From: Zancudomyces culisetae HAW-14-8
Lineage: Eukaryota; Fungi; Kickxellomycota
Length of the DNA stretch: 64,000 nt
Assembly: GCA_052426225.1 (NCBI GenBank)
Contig: JBNJNM010000015.1
Location: 1,178,001 to 1,242,000 of the forward strand
Reading direction: 5' to 3'
A model generated the notes under the pieces. It was not told where the DNA came from and did not search any database. It worked only from the letters and a program-made list of their open reading frames with translations. Every line of letters begins with the position of its first letter. Position 1 is the stretch's first letter. A program made the translations under genes and the position numbers. Shown here piece by piece: positions 36,107-49,500 of the stretch.

Positions 36107-37743
36107 CTACATTTTATATACCATCTCGCTTGAATAACCCAAGCCCTTTAAAATACCAGAGAGTGGCCCTTGTTGTCCATCAATGGGCTTCATACCACAA
36201 ATGTGATCCATCATGCCGTCAGGTCCACTGACTAGCACAACAGTACTGGAACCTACAGGCGGTAATGACTTCCCCAATAAATCTTTCCCGATAATTCCCA
36301 ATCCAAACTGCTCATGAGGATCAAAGCTGCGGTAATCGCTGTTTAATAGCGTGTTTTCTGCAGGGGAGGATATATTTTCAACGACGTAATGGATGTCAAG
36401 ATGCTCTGGAAACTCTTCTCTGAGCTTATTGAGCTGATCGTGCAAAAGTATATCCTGCAACGATTTGTTTGCATATATCAGTGTGATTTTGGGGATTTCA
36501 TCTCTTGGTTTTTCTAAAAGTAGTTTTTTTAGCAACTGGTACATAGGGGCTATACCTGTGCCACCAGCAATCTATAAATTAAATAAGATTACCATAGCAG
36601 GGTTAGTTATCGAATAAATTTTAACATGATAACAGCGAGATATAGCTTGCTAATAATTTTTCAGATAAGGTGATCGAAATTTGAAACTGATCAGATATTA
36701 GTCCTGTAAAATAGAAGAAGAGAGAATGTGGAAGGTGGAAGGTTGAAAAAAAAAAAAGAAAAAACAATTATTGAACTCACCATTCCAATATGCTTCTTTG
36801 TGTTTAGGTAGTACGGAAACGTCAAGTTAGGTCCTCTTATCTCCACATATTCACCAGGCTTCAGGTTGTGAATAAATTTACTAACACTCCCATCGGGATA
36901 CCGCTTTACAATAACATCAAAATATCCTTTTTGGGTGCTCTCGCTACTGTTATTAGCTCTCAATCCGTCTACAAATTGTTTACCCGCAATAAGATATTTA
37001 GAAAGAAACCCAGCCGACCCATTGATTGTAGTATCAAGGTTGGAGGCATTATGGGTTGTAAAACCCACAAATTTACTATCTATTGGTGTATAGCTTCGAA
37101 AGGTTTGGATGTAGTGATCTTTGATATCAATTGACCAAATCCCTAAACCGACGATCCGTTCGCATATATGATTTACTGTATTATTTGAGCTCATCTTCAT
37201 TCCGTTGGCCTCGAATCGAAGCAAAATGGTGTCATGATTCACTTTTTTCCTATCGAGCAATTTAAATTTGTTGAAGCTAAACGGCGAAAACTCACCTGTT
37301 TTGGTGGAATTTTTAAGGGTGTCTTTAGAGACCAGCATGTATGCCGACAAGATAAGTATACTACCACCAATTAGCCCAAACAAAAGCTTTTTCTGTTTAT
37401 TTTTTGGGTTTGGGTTTGGGTTTGGGCTTTCGCTATTATTGTGAATCTGTGTCGAGAACAACCGTTTATTGCCATTTTGAGGTAAGGAGATTTTAGTAGG
37501 ATGTTTAGATTTGTTAAAACGTCCTAAAATTGTGTTTTTTATCTCTGTGTTGTGCCAATAAACTATTGCTGTTCCATTTCTCTTGGTTATTGCAGAAAGG
37601 CTGGCTGAATTCGTACTAAATCTTGAAGCTGGAAATGCGATCTTAAATCCAACAGATTTAAGCAGCGGGTTTCGAGTTTCCAAATCAAGTTTTCTCAAAA
37701 GACTTTTTAAATTTTGCGGTGAACGCAATTTGCTCTTGATCAT
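36107..37743 (-). CDS. Mitochondrial NADH-cytochrome b5 reductase-like flavoprotein (Cyc2/Mcr1-like); 2 exons 37743-36781, 36571-36107
   Basis: Long basic presequence plus TM anchor. FAD motif RSYTPI, VKRYPDGSVSKFIH, GEYVEIRGP; NAD motif GM|IAGGTGIAPMYQ, LIYANK, VSGPDGM, QGPLSGILKGLGY. Confidence 0.85.
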
Positions 37744-38748
37744 TTTATATGACTTTACTATATTGGTACCAATTTTATGGTTGATAAAAATTGTATTATT
37801 GTTGTAAAAATATTATAGGAGTGTTAAATGGTTGAAAAAAAAAAGTTTAAATAATGATCCTATTGAAAGAGGAAATCACGAGCAGTTAGATATTAGTATC
37901 GTTTTTTTATTTTTTCGTTTTTATTTTTTTGGTATTTGCTGTTATTGTAATATGCAATTTTGTATTACAGTTGATGGTATTACATCTAAAAAGAAAAATG
38001 AACAAGATGATGTAGTCTAGAGTAACAGTGTCCTACAAATGTAGATGTATACATGAGAAGCAATAGGTGAATACTTTTGTACTCAAGATATGCACCACAG
38101 TTTGATAGTTGGTAAAGACAAGACTGAAAGAGGTACAAAAAAATATAATGTATTTGTTACCCAAGCATAAATGGCTGTGTTTTTATACATTATAAGAATA
38201 GGTTCACTGTGTATAAAAGTAATGGTATCTCCAAAGCACTATTTTCTCTATTTCAAGATTTAGTTGAATGTGAATATATTATGACAAAAGCTGCATTTGA
38301 CGCTTGGTATTATTTTCTTTTTTGAGTGGGTAGGTTTACTTTTTGAATTCGAGTTTGGTGGTGGAAATGTGTAGTTACGCGAAAAATGTGCGCTAAAAAA
38401 TAAAAGCCCGCGAATAAAAAAACAATTTTCCAAGTCTAAAAAGTGAACTGCCTGGATAAGATTATGGGTGAATTGAGGAATCTAAAGATGAACTGCGGGG
38501 GTTGCTGGGAGGGGGGGAGTTTCAATTCGAAAATATTGTTGATATTTAAAACAAACAATAAAAATGCTAATAAAAATTATAAAAAAAGTTGCTCAAAAAG
38601 GTACGAAAAATATTAAACAAAATATCAATTTAAATTTATTCTGGCTAATATCAAACATTTACTCATACAAGTACATTTAGATATTGGAGGCGAACCTTTA
38701 TCTCTTTTAATTTGGATCAATTACTCTTGACGATACTGCTGAAAATAC

Positions 38749-41700
38749 ATGGGAAAAAAAAACAAAGGAAAAAAAACTGATAGTGGTAAAATGTCAGAGA
38801 AATGCATAAGGGTGATAGGGTTGCAGAACAAAATCACGGAAAAGGATAAAGGCGTGATTGAGGATGAGGTGCAAGGGTATACATTGGAGGAAAATCAAGT
38901 ATATTCGCAAAGAACGGGGATTCCAGAAATAGTATTTGAGATTTTCAAATCTTCTATTGAGGAAAACGTAACCGAAGCTTCAGGAGAAATATGGGCAAAG
39001 ATTTGCAAACTTATTCTGAAAAATGTAGGGAAAAAGAACCATCAGGAGGAGGAGAGTGCAGAGGTAGGGTCGGGGTCGGGACCAGAAAGTAATGAGGCTA
39101 AATGGAGACTGGAAAAGGCGATGATGGAGGGAGTGATGCATGAGTCGGAGACACGAGAAAAAATTCTCAAACGAAGATTGGATCAGTGTCGGGAAGAGGT
39201 TGTATCATTGAAGGAAGTAATAAAGAATCAACAGACTGAAACTGAAAAGTTAGAAGGCGTACAAAAGGGATTAGAGGGGGATTTGCATATGATTAAGCAG
39301 GAGAATTCAAGGCTTAAAGCGCAAATTGAGGAGGAGCAAAAGGCGAAAAATGAAATGCTGAAGCAGATAGCAGCACAGCGGGAGGAGATGGATGGGATGA
39401 AAGTTGGTTTGGAAAGTACCAAAGCGGAGCTGGTAGAAACAAAGCACAAATTTATTGGTAAGGAGCAAGAAATCGAAGAGTTGAAGAGTGCGCAGAGTAT
39501 AACAGATATAAAAGAACAGATACAGAAACAGGCGCTCGAGACGGCTAAAAAGCAGCTGGAAAGGATGAATAAAGAGTTAGAAGAGCTTCAGAAGGCCAAA
39601 ATAGAAGAGAGCAGAAGGGCTAGCAAGGAAAAGGAAGAGGCAGAGATTAAGCTTGGAAAATCTCGACGAGAAATTGAAAGCAAGAAAGAGGAAATAGAAT
39701 ATTATTGCGAGGAAAGAAACAAGGATAAAGAAAAGATTCGAAAGCTAAGTGGAGAACTGGCAGAATTGAAGCGGGAAAGTGTAGAGAAAGAGGAGCAGTT
39801 TAAGGCTGAAATGAGAGCGCAGAAACACTATGTAGCGATGTGTGAGAAAGCAATTGAAGAAGGAAATAAACGGTTAAAGGAATTAGAGGATATGGTGACA
39901 CAGATAGGAAAAGCAAGAGTAGAGGAACAACAAAAAACCAGTGCGATAATAGAAGAGGCGCAAAAGGAGCTACAAGAGTGGAAGCAGGGACAAAGACAGC
40001 AACAGAAACAGCAACAAGAGATGATGCATGTAGAGGGGGCAGGGGTGGGAATAGGGGGAGATTCAATGACGATGAAAGCGGGAGAAAAAACACGAACGCA
40101 ATTGTATATAGAAAATATGCAGTTTGAAGATGCTGTGTCACGCGAACGGGGACAGCGGCAGATGCTGGAAAAAATAGTGCAAGAGCTTGAACAAGAGTTG
40201 GATGAGGTGAGAAAGATCCAGGTTCACGAAAAGGAGGTACATGAGGAGGATAAGAAACTAATGGAGAAAGTAATGGGAGAGAGGAATAGGTTGGTAATGA
40301 AAACGCAAGAGTTGCGGCAGCAACTTGAGAAAAACCGATATTTACTAAAGGAGAATCGTGAGATGAAACAGGAGAACAAGGACTTGGCAAGACAGGTGAG
40401 GCGGTTAGTAAGAGAGATTGAAGAAGCCAAACAAGGGAGAATGATTGATAGCGGAGAACAAACAAACACAGATTCGGAAACCGAAACTGAAATGGAAGTA
40501 GGAACCGAGGGTAGAGGTGAAGGGGAAAGGGAAAGAGAAAGAGATGTGGTTATGCAGGTTATTAACAAAAAGCTGATAACATTTAAGGATATAACGGAAC
40601 TCCAAACGCAGAACCAACGGCTGATTAGGGCAACAAGAGAGTTAGCCGAGAGAATTCAGCAGCAGCAAGAAGAAAACATGCAGAAATGGGAGGAAGATGA
40701 AGCACAGGCGATTAAAACGGCGCAGCAGACCATAGAAAAGCTTACGGAAAAGATTAGGTCGCTAAACAACCATATTGATCGGCTGGAGGCAGAAAAGCAA
40801 AGCATTGCAGCAAAGCAGATGATGGAGAATAAATCAAGAGAAGACAACGAAAAGGCCGTTCATGAGGATGAAATAGAGCAAGAGTACGAGCGGTACAAAG
40901 CGGAGACAGAGGGAGTACGGCAGATGCAAGAACGAGAAATCTCAGCGTTGAGGGCGCAGAGTTCTGAAGACCGGGTTAAGTTGGCACACATGACGGCAAG
41001 ATACGATGTGGTTCAGCAGCAACTGGAACAGACTCAATCAGATTTTTCGGCACGGGGAAGGGAGATTGAGCGGCTGAGGGAGACAAACACGCGGTTGGTT
41101 ATGCAAGTTGAGGAGTATGAGAGGCAGCACAGCCAGTTGCGGCAAAACGAGGCGGAAATGCGTGGACAAATAGACAAGTTACGGGGCGAAGTGGCAGCAG
41201 CAAAAGTAGAAAAGGAGGTGTTGAACAGAGTGCAGCACAAGTGGCAGGAGGATATGGAGAGAGGTAGGCAAGAAAGAGAGGGAATCAACGTGATTTTGCA
41301 AAACACGAGCAGAATGCGTGACGAACTGCGCGAACAAGCAGAGAAACGAATACAGGAGGCAACTGATCGACTCAAGTTGACGGAACAGCTGCTGTTGAGC
41401 GAGAAGAATAAGAAAGAGGAGCTGGAAACTAGGTACAGTTCAGTGACGAATCGGATGAACGTGTTGGAGGAGGAAAGCAAAACACTCAAGGCAGACTATG
41501 CTCGCAGAATGGGAGAATACACAGAACAAGTAAACAAGCTGCAGGGAGTTGGCGACGAGCTTGAAGCACGTAACAGGGAGTTGGATGAGGAATTGAAGAG
41601 GCTAAAACAACAATTGGCTAGTGAAAAACAAGAGGTGCAGAGATTGGTGCAACTCGGAGAGAACATGACAGACGCCGAACGCATCAAAAATCTGGAGTAT

Positions 41701-44304
41701 GTGATCAAGCAGCAGATTCAAGCGCACACAACTGAGCTTGAAGCAGAGAAGAATAGAGCCAAAACCAATGAGCAGCGAGTGGTTCAGCTGCAAAAACTAT
41801 TGGAGGATCTTGAAGGTAACATAAAAATTTTAAAGGCAACCAACAATAGCTTGCAAACAAACACAACCGAATTGAAACAGCAGCTTGAAAATGTAAACAA
41901 GCAGTTGGTAGAAAAGGATGCACAGGTTGAAGAGCACCAACGATTGCTGAAAACTGCAAAGGACGAACTGGAAAGGTATAAAGTTGAACATAACGGACTC
42001 AAACAACAATTTGACGAGGCACAAAGACGACTGGCAGAAGAAGCTGAGCAGCAGCGACAACTTGCACAGGAACGGCTGGAGCGGTATGAGCTGGAACTTG
42101 GAAGACACTCAAGGGCGGTTGAAGTTGCAAACGAGTTGAAGAAGCAAATGCGGGATATACAGACGCAGATGCAGGAGCAGAGCAACTTGAGTGAGCAACT
42201 AAAGATGGATTATCAAGTCTTGCAGACACAGAAGGAGAAGCAGGAGCAAGTATTCAAGACGAGAGAACAAGAACAGGAAAACAGGATCACCGAACTGACG
42301 CAGCAAAACGATTCGCTGTTGTCGATAATCCAGGTGGACAAACCCAATAAAGATGGTGGGGTTGGAGGTGGTGAAAGGGAGATCAAACAAGTGGTAGCGT
42401 TCCAGCGACAAGAAAAAGAAGTGTATATGGCAAAGGCACAGGTTTTGGAGCTGGAAGTTCAGCGATGGAAGAGTGTAGCGGAAACAGCACAGAGGGCACT
42501 GGATCAGACACGTGCTGAGCTACTGAGTTTTTCATCGGCAAAAACATCTGAAGGAAGCAGAAGCGGAGGTGCAGGAGAAGAACAGCCCAGGAGCGTGTCA
42601 TACAACGAATACAGAGCCAAAGCAGATGAGGCAGTGTTATTAAAGGAAAGCAACATTTTGCTTAGACAGCAGTTATCCGAATATAAAGGCAAGCTGGAAC
42701 AGATCGAAAAGCAGTTGGAGAAAACGAAAGCATCAATTAGTCAATTTGAGTTGAAGAATGCAAGCTTTATGGCAGAACTAGAAGCCAAAAACCAGGAAAT
42801 TGCACTGCTAACCGAGTCCAACGAGCGGTGGCAAAAGAGAAACCAAAGCATTTTGGCCAAGTATGATCGCATTGATCCCAACGAGCATCAATCATTGCAA
42901 CAGCAAGTAGCTGATCTAACCAAGGCCCTTACTGAACGAACACAAGAGCTTACCAATCTAAATGCAGTGATAGCGAGCCAAACCAGCCAACTCAACGAGA
43001 CGAACGCAAAACTTGCAGAGTCAAACGAGAACAATTCTCAAGCTGTTGCACTGTTACAGGAAAAGCTTAGAGAGCAAGGGACGACTTGGAAGCAGCGGTT
43101 TGATACGTTGCGAAACCAGAGTTTGGAGAAACTCAAGATGAGATCCGAAAAGATTCAGGAATTGTCCAATGAGATTAACGAGCTCAAGACAATGATAACT
43201 CCGGTGGAAAGCAGTGCTAATGATGCAGAGCATGCGAGTAATACTGCTGCTGAGCTTGAACAGTTGAAATCGGAACTTGTTGATCTTAATCAGACCTATT
43301 CGATTTGTAAGAACGAAAATGAAACGTTGAAAGTACAAGTTTCGGCTTTGCAAACTGAGCTTTCTAATGTTACCAGTGCTCTTGAACAAGTAAAATTGTC
43401 TACATTAGCTGGAGAAGGAAATGCTAATGCTAATACAAACATAAATACAAATACAAATGCTGATGTTGATATAACTATGGAAAACGTGGCCAAACTAAAA
43501 GTCGATTCATTTGTTCAAACAGATGAATTAACAGCAGTACAAACAGTTGAAGAATGTGTACAAACAGATGCCATATCTGACACTGAGCTATCTGGACCAC
43601 CAGTAGCTGCGAGTGATGAATATAAAGAAAAGTACAATCAACTACAAACAGAATACAAAAACTCCCAAGATATGTGGCAAAAAGAAATTGCTGAATACTC
43701 TGCCACTGTGTCCAAGAGCAAGCAGCTATACGAAAAACTTAAAGTAACTGCGCTTAGCAATGTCAACAAATTGAACATCAATCATAAACTACAGATTGAA
43801 AAGTTGCAGTCCAGGATAAACGAGCTAGAACAACAGCTACAGCAGTTACAACAACAAATTGCGGCAAAGAATGCATCTGCAAGTGGTGGTAGTGGTGGTG
43901 CCATTGATTTGCAAAAAGAAAAAGAAAAAATTGAAAGGGAACTTGAGATGCGGTACAAGCTAAAGATGGGGTTGAAGGATAGCCAGATTCAAAATCTAAA
44001 CAAACGAATCCAGGAATTCCAAAAGGGCACTGCTTCTATTGCTTCTACTGCCAGTGCTCCTCTATCTTTGAGTGCTGTTCAGTCAGCCTTCGCGTCATCA
44101 TCAGCATCAGCATCAACATCAACATTAGCACCATCATCTCTTGCTATTTTTGGTAATACCAATAATGCCAATAATAATACTGTTGCTGGCGCTGGTGCTA
44201 GTACTAGTACTGGTACTGGTACTGGTACTAATAACAGTAATAATGGTGGTGATGATGGTGAGAAGGTTGGACCTAACTCATTGAAACGTATGAAACCATC
44301 ATAA
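38749..44304 (+). CDS. MLP1: Nuclear basket nucleoporin Tpr/Mlp1/Nup211 (1851 aa coiled coil)
   Basis: Very long coiled coil with Tpr/Mlp hallmarks: LITFKDITELQTQNQRLIRATRELA, YELELGRHS, VVAFQRQEKE, LLKESNILLR, RWQKRNQSILAKYDRIDP. Confidence 0.85.
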   Translation: MGKKNKGKKTDSGKMSEKCIRVIGLQNKITEKDKGVIEDEVQGYTLEENQVYSQRTGIPEIVFEIFKSSIEENVTEASGEIWAKICKLILKNVGKKNHQEEESAEVGSGSGPESNEAKWRLEKAMMEGVMHESETREKILKRRLDQCREEVVSLKEVIKNQQTETEKLEGVQKGLEGDLHMIKQENSRLKAQIEEEQKAKNEMLKQIAAQREEMDGMKVGLESTKAELVETKHKFIGKEQEIEELKSAQSITDIKEQIQKQALETAKKQLERMNKELEELQKAKIEESRRASKEKEEAEIKLGKSRREIESKKEEIEYYCEERNKDKEKIRKLSGELAELKRESVEKEEQFKAEMRAQKHYVAMCEKAIEEGNKRLKELEDMVTQIGKARVEEQQKTSAIIEEAQKELQEWKQGQRQQQKQQQEMMHVEGAGVGIGGDSMTMKAGEKTRTQLYIENMQFEDAVSRERGQRQMLEKIVQELEQELDEVRKIQVHEKEVHEEDKKLMEKVMGERNRLVMKTQELRQQLEKNRYLLKENREMKQENKDLARQVRRLVREIEEAKQGRMIDSGEQTNTDSETETEMEVGTEGRGEGERERERDVVMQVINKKLITFKDITELQTQNQRLIRATRELAERIQQQQEENMQKWEEDEAQAIKTAQQTIEKLTEKIRSLNNHIDRLEAEKQSIAAKQMMENKSREDNEKAVHEDEIEQEYERYKAETEGVRQMQEREISALRAQSSEDRVKLAHMTARYDVVQQQLEQTQSDFSARGREIERLRETNTRLVMQVEEYERQHSQLRQNEAEMRGQIDKLRGEVAAAKVEKEVLNRVQHKWQEDMERGRQEREGINVILQNTSRMRDELREQAEKRIQEATDRLKLTEQLLLSEKNKKEELETRYSSVTNRMNVLEEESKTLKADYARRMGEYTEQVNKLQGVGDELEARNRELDEELKRLKQQLASEKQEVQRLVQLGENMTDAERIKNLEYVIKQQIQAHTTELEAEKNRAKTNEQRVVQLQKLLEDLEGNIKILKATNNSLQTNTTELKQQLENVNKQLVEKDAQVEEHQRLLKTAKDELERYKVEHNGLKQQFDEAQRRLAEEAEQQRQLAQERLERYELELGRHSRAVEVANELKKQMRDIQTQMQEQSNLSEQLKMDYQVLQTQKEKQEQVFKTREQEQENRITELTQQNDSLLSIIQVDKPNKDGGVGGGEREIKQVVAFQRQEKEVYMAKAQVLELEVQRWKSVAETAQRALDQTRAELLSFSSAKTSEGSRSGGAGEEQPRSVSYNEYRAKADEAVLLKESNILLRQQLSEYKGKLEQIEKQLEKTKASISQFELKNASFMAELEAKNQEIALLTESNERWQKRNQSILAKYDRIDPNEHQSLQQQVADLTKALTERTQELTNLNAVIASQTSQLNETNAKLAESNENNSQAVALLQEKLREQGTTWKQRFDTLRNQSLEKLKMRSEKIQELSNEINELKTMITPVESSANDAEHASNTAAELEQLKSELVDLNQTYSICKNENETLKVQVSALQTELSNVTSALEQVKLSTLAGEGNANANTNINTNTNADVDITMENVAKLKVDSFVQTDELTAVQTVEECVQTDAISDTELSGPPVAASDEYKEKYNQLQTEYKNSQDMWQKEIAEYSATVSKSKQLYEKLKVTALSNVNKLNINHKLQIEKLQSRINELEQQLQQLQQQIAAKNASASGGSGGAIDLQKEKEKIERELEMRYKLKMGLKDSQIQNLNKRIQEFQKGTASIASTASAPLSLSAVQSAFASSSASASTSTLAPSSLAIFGNTNNANNNTVAGAGASTSTGTGTGTNNSNNGGDDGEKVGPNSLKRMKPS

Positions 44305-45771
44305 ACTTTTTTTTTTTAGTTTATTATTTTTACTAGTGATATATATTAATTGATTCACCATATTATTATTACTTTTTATTGTTAATAAAATGGACTTTTT
44401 ATATTTTTAAATGGTCTTTTTCCAAAAATATGGCGAGAATTCGAGTAAACAATCAAAGTATATCAAAACAAGTAAACAAACAAACAAACAAACGAGCAAA
44501 CAAAAAAAAAAGTGTGGTGTCATTTTTGGAATAATCAACAACCAAGTTATAAACTAAATAGAGTATGGTTTGTTTATTTGTCTTTTAGAGTTGTGGTTTT
44601 GATTGTATACACCAATACTTGTTTTCAAGCTAAACAAAAAAAAAAGATAGTTATAATAATAATAATAGTAATAATGGTGATGGTGATGGTGATGTAAAAG
44701 CTATATATATATATCAATGGAGGATGATATTATGGTGGTGATTATTTTGTCAATCAATATACAAAAAATTGTTTAGAAAATGTTCAAAGTATCCACGTTT
44801 CATTCCTTCCCCCTTCCTAGACACACACACACACGTTCACACACATGTATACATTATACTTGTATTTGTATTTGTATTTATTTACATCACGAGTTTATTT
44901 AATAAAAATTTTCTAGACTGTAAATAGTAATATTACTTGATGTTTAGAAGAAATATATATATATTTATTCTTTTTTCTTCTCTTACTTTTGAGTAATATT
45001 TACGATATATAAAAAAGGAGGGGCAAGATAAAATATGTCCAGTGTAGTGGTAATGTTTGTAGAAAATGTGGAATTATATCATGACAATGACAATGATGAT
45101 GTTGTTGTTGTTGATGATGAAAATGGTAGAAAAACAAAAATAAAGAGTATTTTGTACAAAACCCCACACACGCTCTCCCTTCCCCCCTTTCTCTCCCCCC
45201 CCCCTTCCTCACCAATTCTTCTTTGTCTTGTATTTATTGATCAGTTTGCCCACTCCCTACTCCAATTAATAAATATGAGGTTATTGTACTTTTTTGTTTA
45301 TTAATTTATTTATTTGTAAATTGATTGTGTGGGAAAGGAAAACAAAAGAACAAGCACATCAATATTATTGATGAAAGGCCCTCTTTACTCACTTGTTACT
45401 TTGCTTTTTTGTCTCCTCTCCTCTCCTTCTCCTCAAATGACAAAGTCATTCTTTAGCACACATTTTCATAAACGTGCATATAAACACGTTCATGACTAGC
45501 TTTTCTTGTCAACAATAACATTAAAAATAAACAATCTTGTGATGTACACATGTATACTTTTTTTTTAGGTTCATTCCTTTAAAACTTTTTTTTTCCTTAT
45601 TTTACTATATTTGTAAATATGCAAAATAAAAATAATAGGGTCCTTTATATTATATTGCTACATTTTATTTTATTTTATTTTTATTAAAAGTAGAAAATTG
45701 AATTCAAACATGTAAATAAATCAAAAACCTAAAAATCCAAAAAAAAAAATAACAGAAACAAAATGCAAACA

Positions 45772-45850
45772 AGAATAGGAACAAGAACAAGAGACAATGA
45801 ACAAGGGACAAGGAACAATGAATAAGGGACAAGAGACGAGAACAGCAAGA
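45772..45850 (+). repeat. Degenerate purine-rich tandem repeat (GAACAA/GGACAA-type units)
   Basis: ...ggaacaagaacaagagacaatgaacaagggacaaggaacaatgaataagggacaagagacgagaacagcaaga, in the low-complexity spacer upstream of KIN1. Confidence 0.6.
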
Positions 45851-46575
45851 TTAAAAATCGGAAAGTGACCGTTTTGCATTAATTACAAGGGTCCCCCATC
45901 ATCTTTCTTTTCCATTATTTCACCTGATACTCTACATTTATTTATAACTACAGATTAAATAATATCATGTAATAATTACAAAAAAAAATTTTTTAATATT
46001 TTTTTTACGCAATCTCCTTGTTGTTTTGTTTTTTTATAAAGTAAACTCGTGATTTTTTTTATAATTATTTTATTTTTTTTACCTTTTGTATTATTATTTT
46101 GAGAATCATTTTTACGTTTATGTTTGGGGGGGAGGTTTTTTATTTTTGTTGTTATTTTTGTATTATTTTTATTTTTATAGGTTAATATTGGGGTCCTAAA
46201 AGTTCTTGGATAGATATTAACTTGTTACATTACCTTCTTTATTGTTTTATTTGCTCTCCATGTTTCTATACTGATTTTATAGCTGATTTTAGGCTATTAA
46301 CAAACTTGCAGCATTATATACATTAGAAAAAAACGCAAACAGAAACAAAAAAACAAATACACATTGTTATTTATACGTATACGTATACCTATACATATAC
46401 ATATTCATATGCTTATACATTAAAGGAAAAACAACATATTCTGGTACTTTTTAAACGAAATAACACATTTCATTTTTTACAACTTTGGTGAGGTTTACAA
46501 CACCCGGAATCAAAACTAGCTTGACAGTATTAGCCGCTAATATAAATTAAGACAGAAAAAAAAAAGAATTATGAG

Positions 46576-49500
46576 ATGATAGGGGAAATAATAGCACCAG
46601 GAGCACCTCAGTTCGGAGATGGCGAGTCTCAACGATACGATAAAATGGGAAACAGAAAAGTACAGCCCGAAAAGTCACTGGGACGCGAACAACAAGAGGG
46701 AACAATTGAGTTTCATGAACGAAATAGAAAGGCAGAAACCCAGGAAGGAAGATATGGCGAAACTCCCAAAAATAAAACAAATTCGGGTAATCAAAGGGGG
46801 ATTCCTGCAAGGGGAAAGATGCTTGAGTCATACCAAATAATAAAGACAATTGGTGCGGGAAGTATGGGAAAAGTAAAGCAGGCTGTGGATACGCGAACGG
46901 GACGAAAAGTGGCAATCAAAATCATCCCACGGTTGGACCCCAAAGTTTCTGTAAACCTCCCAAAGTACCACATAGATAACTCTGGGTTGGCAACCACAAA
47001 ATTGGGAAATGCTAGTGGAATTAGTGTAGATAGCGGAAAGGTAATGGCTATTAAGAAGCTCACGAGTGGGAATGATAATAGGGCTAGTGTTTATAACAGG
47101 GGCGAAATAACAACACAGGTAAAAAGTATTGAAGCACGAGAACGAAGGATATTAGATATCCTGGAACAGACTATTGTCTATGGAGGGGATGACAGGAAGA
47201 AAAAAAAGAAAAGGATATTTAAACAACCAAGGGAGCGAATGACGACAAAGGAGCGAGAAAAGACGGAAAACAAAGATATGAGGGTGTTAAGAGAGGTGGC
47301 GATTCTACAACTGCTGGACCATCCAAACATAAGCCGATTGTATGAAGTGATAGTACATCCTAACCACTTTTATCTGGTGACAGAACTGATAACGGGAGGG
47401 CAGATATTCGAGTACATTGTAAGCAAAGGGCGGTTAAGTGAAGCCAAAACACGCAAATTTGCCCGGCAAATTGCATCGGCACTGGATTATTGCCATCGAA
47501 ACAACATTGTACATCGCGACTTGAAAATAGAAAACATCATGATTACAGAAGAAGGAGATGTGAAGATTATAGATTTTGGACTTTCGAATGTATACTCGCC
47601 ACGAACAACGTTATCAACACACTGCGGGTCGTTATATTTTGCAGCGCCTGAGTTACTTCGAGCGCAGACGTATATAGGACCAGAGGTGGACATTTGGTCG
47701 TTTGGAGTGGTGGTATATGTATTGGTATGTGGAAGAGTACCGTTTGATGATCCGTCAATGTCTGTTTTGCATAAAAAGATCAAGGCTGGCCGCTTTGACA
47801 TCCCAACATTTGTAACAGAGGGGTGTAGACACTTACTGTCGCGTACACTGACGGTAAATCCTAAACAGCGAGCAACAATGGCAGAGGTTTTGGTGCATCC
47901 GTGGATGGTAGAAGGACACAACAAACCGATTGAACAACATATACCTCCACGGGTTCCAATTATAGATAGCAGTGACATTGACGATCGAGTTATACAGAGG
48001 ATGGAGGCGTATTTAGGTTTTGGGTTTGGACATAGAGAATGTATTAAAGAATGCATCCAAGCGACAATAGAGTCGCAGTGGTATCATGACAGTATCAGAA
48101 AGTATCTGCGAGCACACATCAAGCAACTCAGTCGTAATCTAGACGATAACAATAACAATAACAATAATTCTCGAAAACATGATACAGAGGTCGACGCCGA
48201 TACTGAAGCCGAGACTGAAACGGCAGTAGCTCTGGTGCTTGACCCAGTGAAAAAAGCAAACAGGCCAGATCAATCGGCGGCCGATACTGTGGTTAGTGAG
48301 CTTGGTTCGAATTTGGGTGGCGATTTCAATATGAAACGATTTTCATCGCCACCAGAATACCTATCTATGAAGAAAACAGCAATAAACAATAACATAAACA
48401 ATCTTCAAAATTCAAAAACTTTTCAAAGCAACACGATACAGTCACCACATATGGACTCAAATCTTGGAAGGATGGCCAATCCAGCGCCTCGCGAAAGAAC
48501 AGAGATCAGCGATTATGCCAGAGTGTTGAAAAAGTTGGCTAAAACGCAAATCAATGCCTACAAGAACCGTAGCACGATAGGAAATGTCCGTGACATAATC
48601 GGAACTACTCCCAGACCAGTACCAATTCCTGGGTTTAAGCCTCTTATGACCAGTATCCACGCCACTACTACTTCTGGGACTTCAACTGATGAACGCTATG
48701 TTCCCAGCGATATGAATCCAAATCTGTACTATTATATTTCTAACGCTTACAACGAGCTGCTTGCTACTGATCCCTTGCTTAGCATATATTATTTAATTCA
48801 AGATAAACTAGAACTCTCTTCAGCCTCTGTGTCTTATCAAAACCAAAATCAAAATCAAGGCATCAATACCAGTAACTATAGCTCGATCTGGAATGCCTCT
48901 ACCAACCCGATTGGTTCTTCACGACTCAATACCAGCACCATTGCTCACAAATCTATGGTTCCTTCCACCAACACTTCAACTCCTCCCACAAATACTTGTT
49001 TTACTGGTCCTTCATTCCAAAATTCTTCCTCTTCTCGCTTGAATAACCGGAAAAGCATTCCAATAAAACTTAACTCTGCCTTTACCGATCATGCCAATTC
49101 TGATGCGCTTTTGATGAAAAACCCAATTCCAAAACCTCCCAACCAAAAGAACTCTATCATAAATGATAATAGCTCCCAATTACCCAAAACCAACACCAAA
49201 ACCAACACCAACACCAACACCAACACCAACACTAACACCAATTTCGATGTACCAAAATCTACCAATGTGCCCCAAGCACTCGACCGTTCTTTAACTAAAA
49301 GAGGTTCTTGGTTTACCTCACTATTTTCCAATAATAAACATAACACCCTTACTGATTCTCAACTTAAATCTAAACCTCAACTTAAACCAGAATCTCATTC
49401 TGAAAAACCCAAAAAAATTGGTAAAATAAAGAGCTTATCCAGATTTCTATTCTCCACTTCCTCAAACCATGGAAGTTCCCTTCAGTCTGATCAGAAAAAA

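Noticed and set aside
39228-43493. Many minus-strand ORFs of 60-220 aa
   Set aside because: Antisense shadows of the E/Q/K-rich Mlp1 ORF; no independent motifs.
44304-46575. Low-complexity spacer with short repeats as a CRISPR-like array or mobile element
   Set aside because: No constant repeat-spacer periodicity, terminal inverted repeats, LTRs or transposase/RT fragments; simple sequence only.
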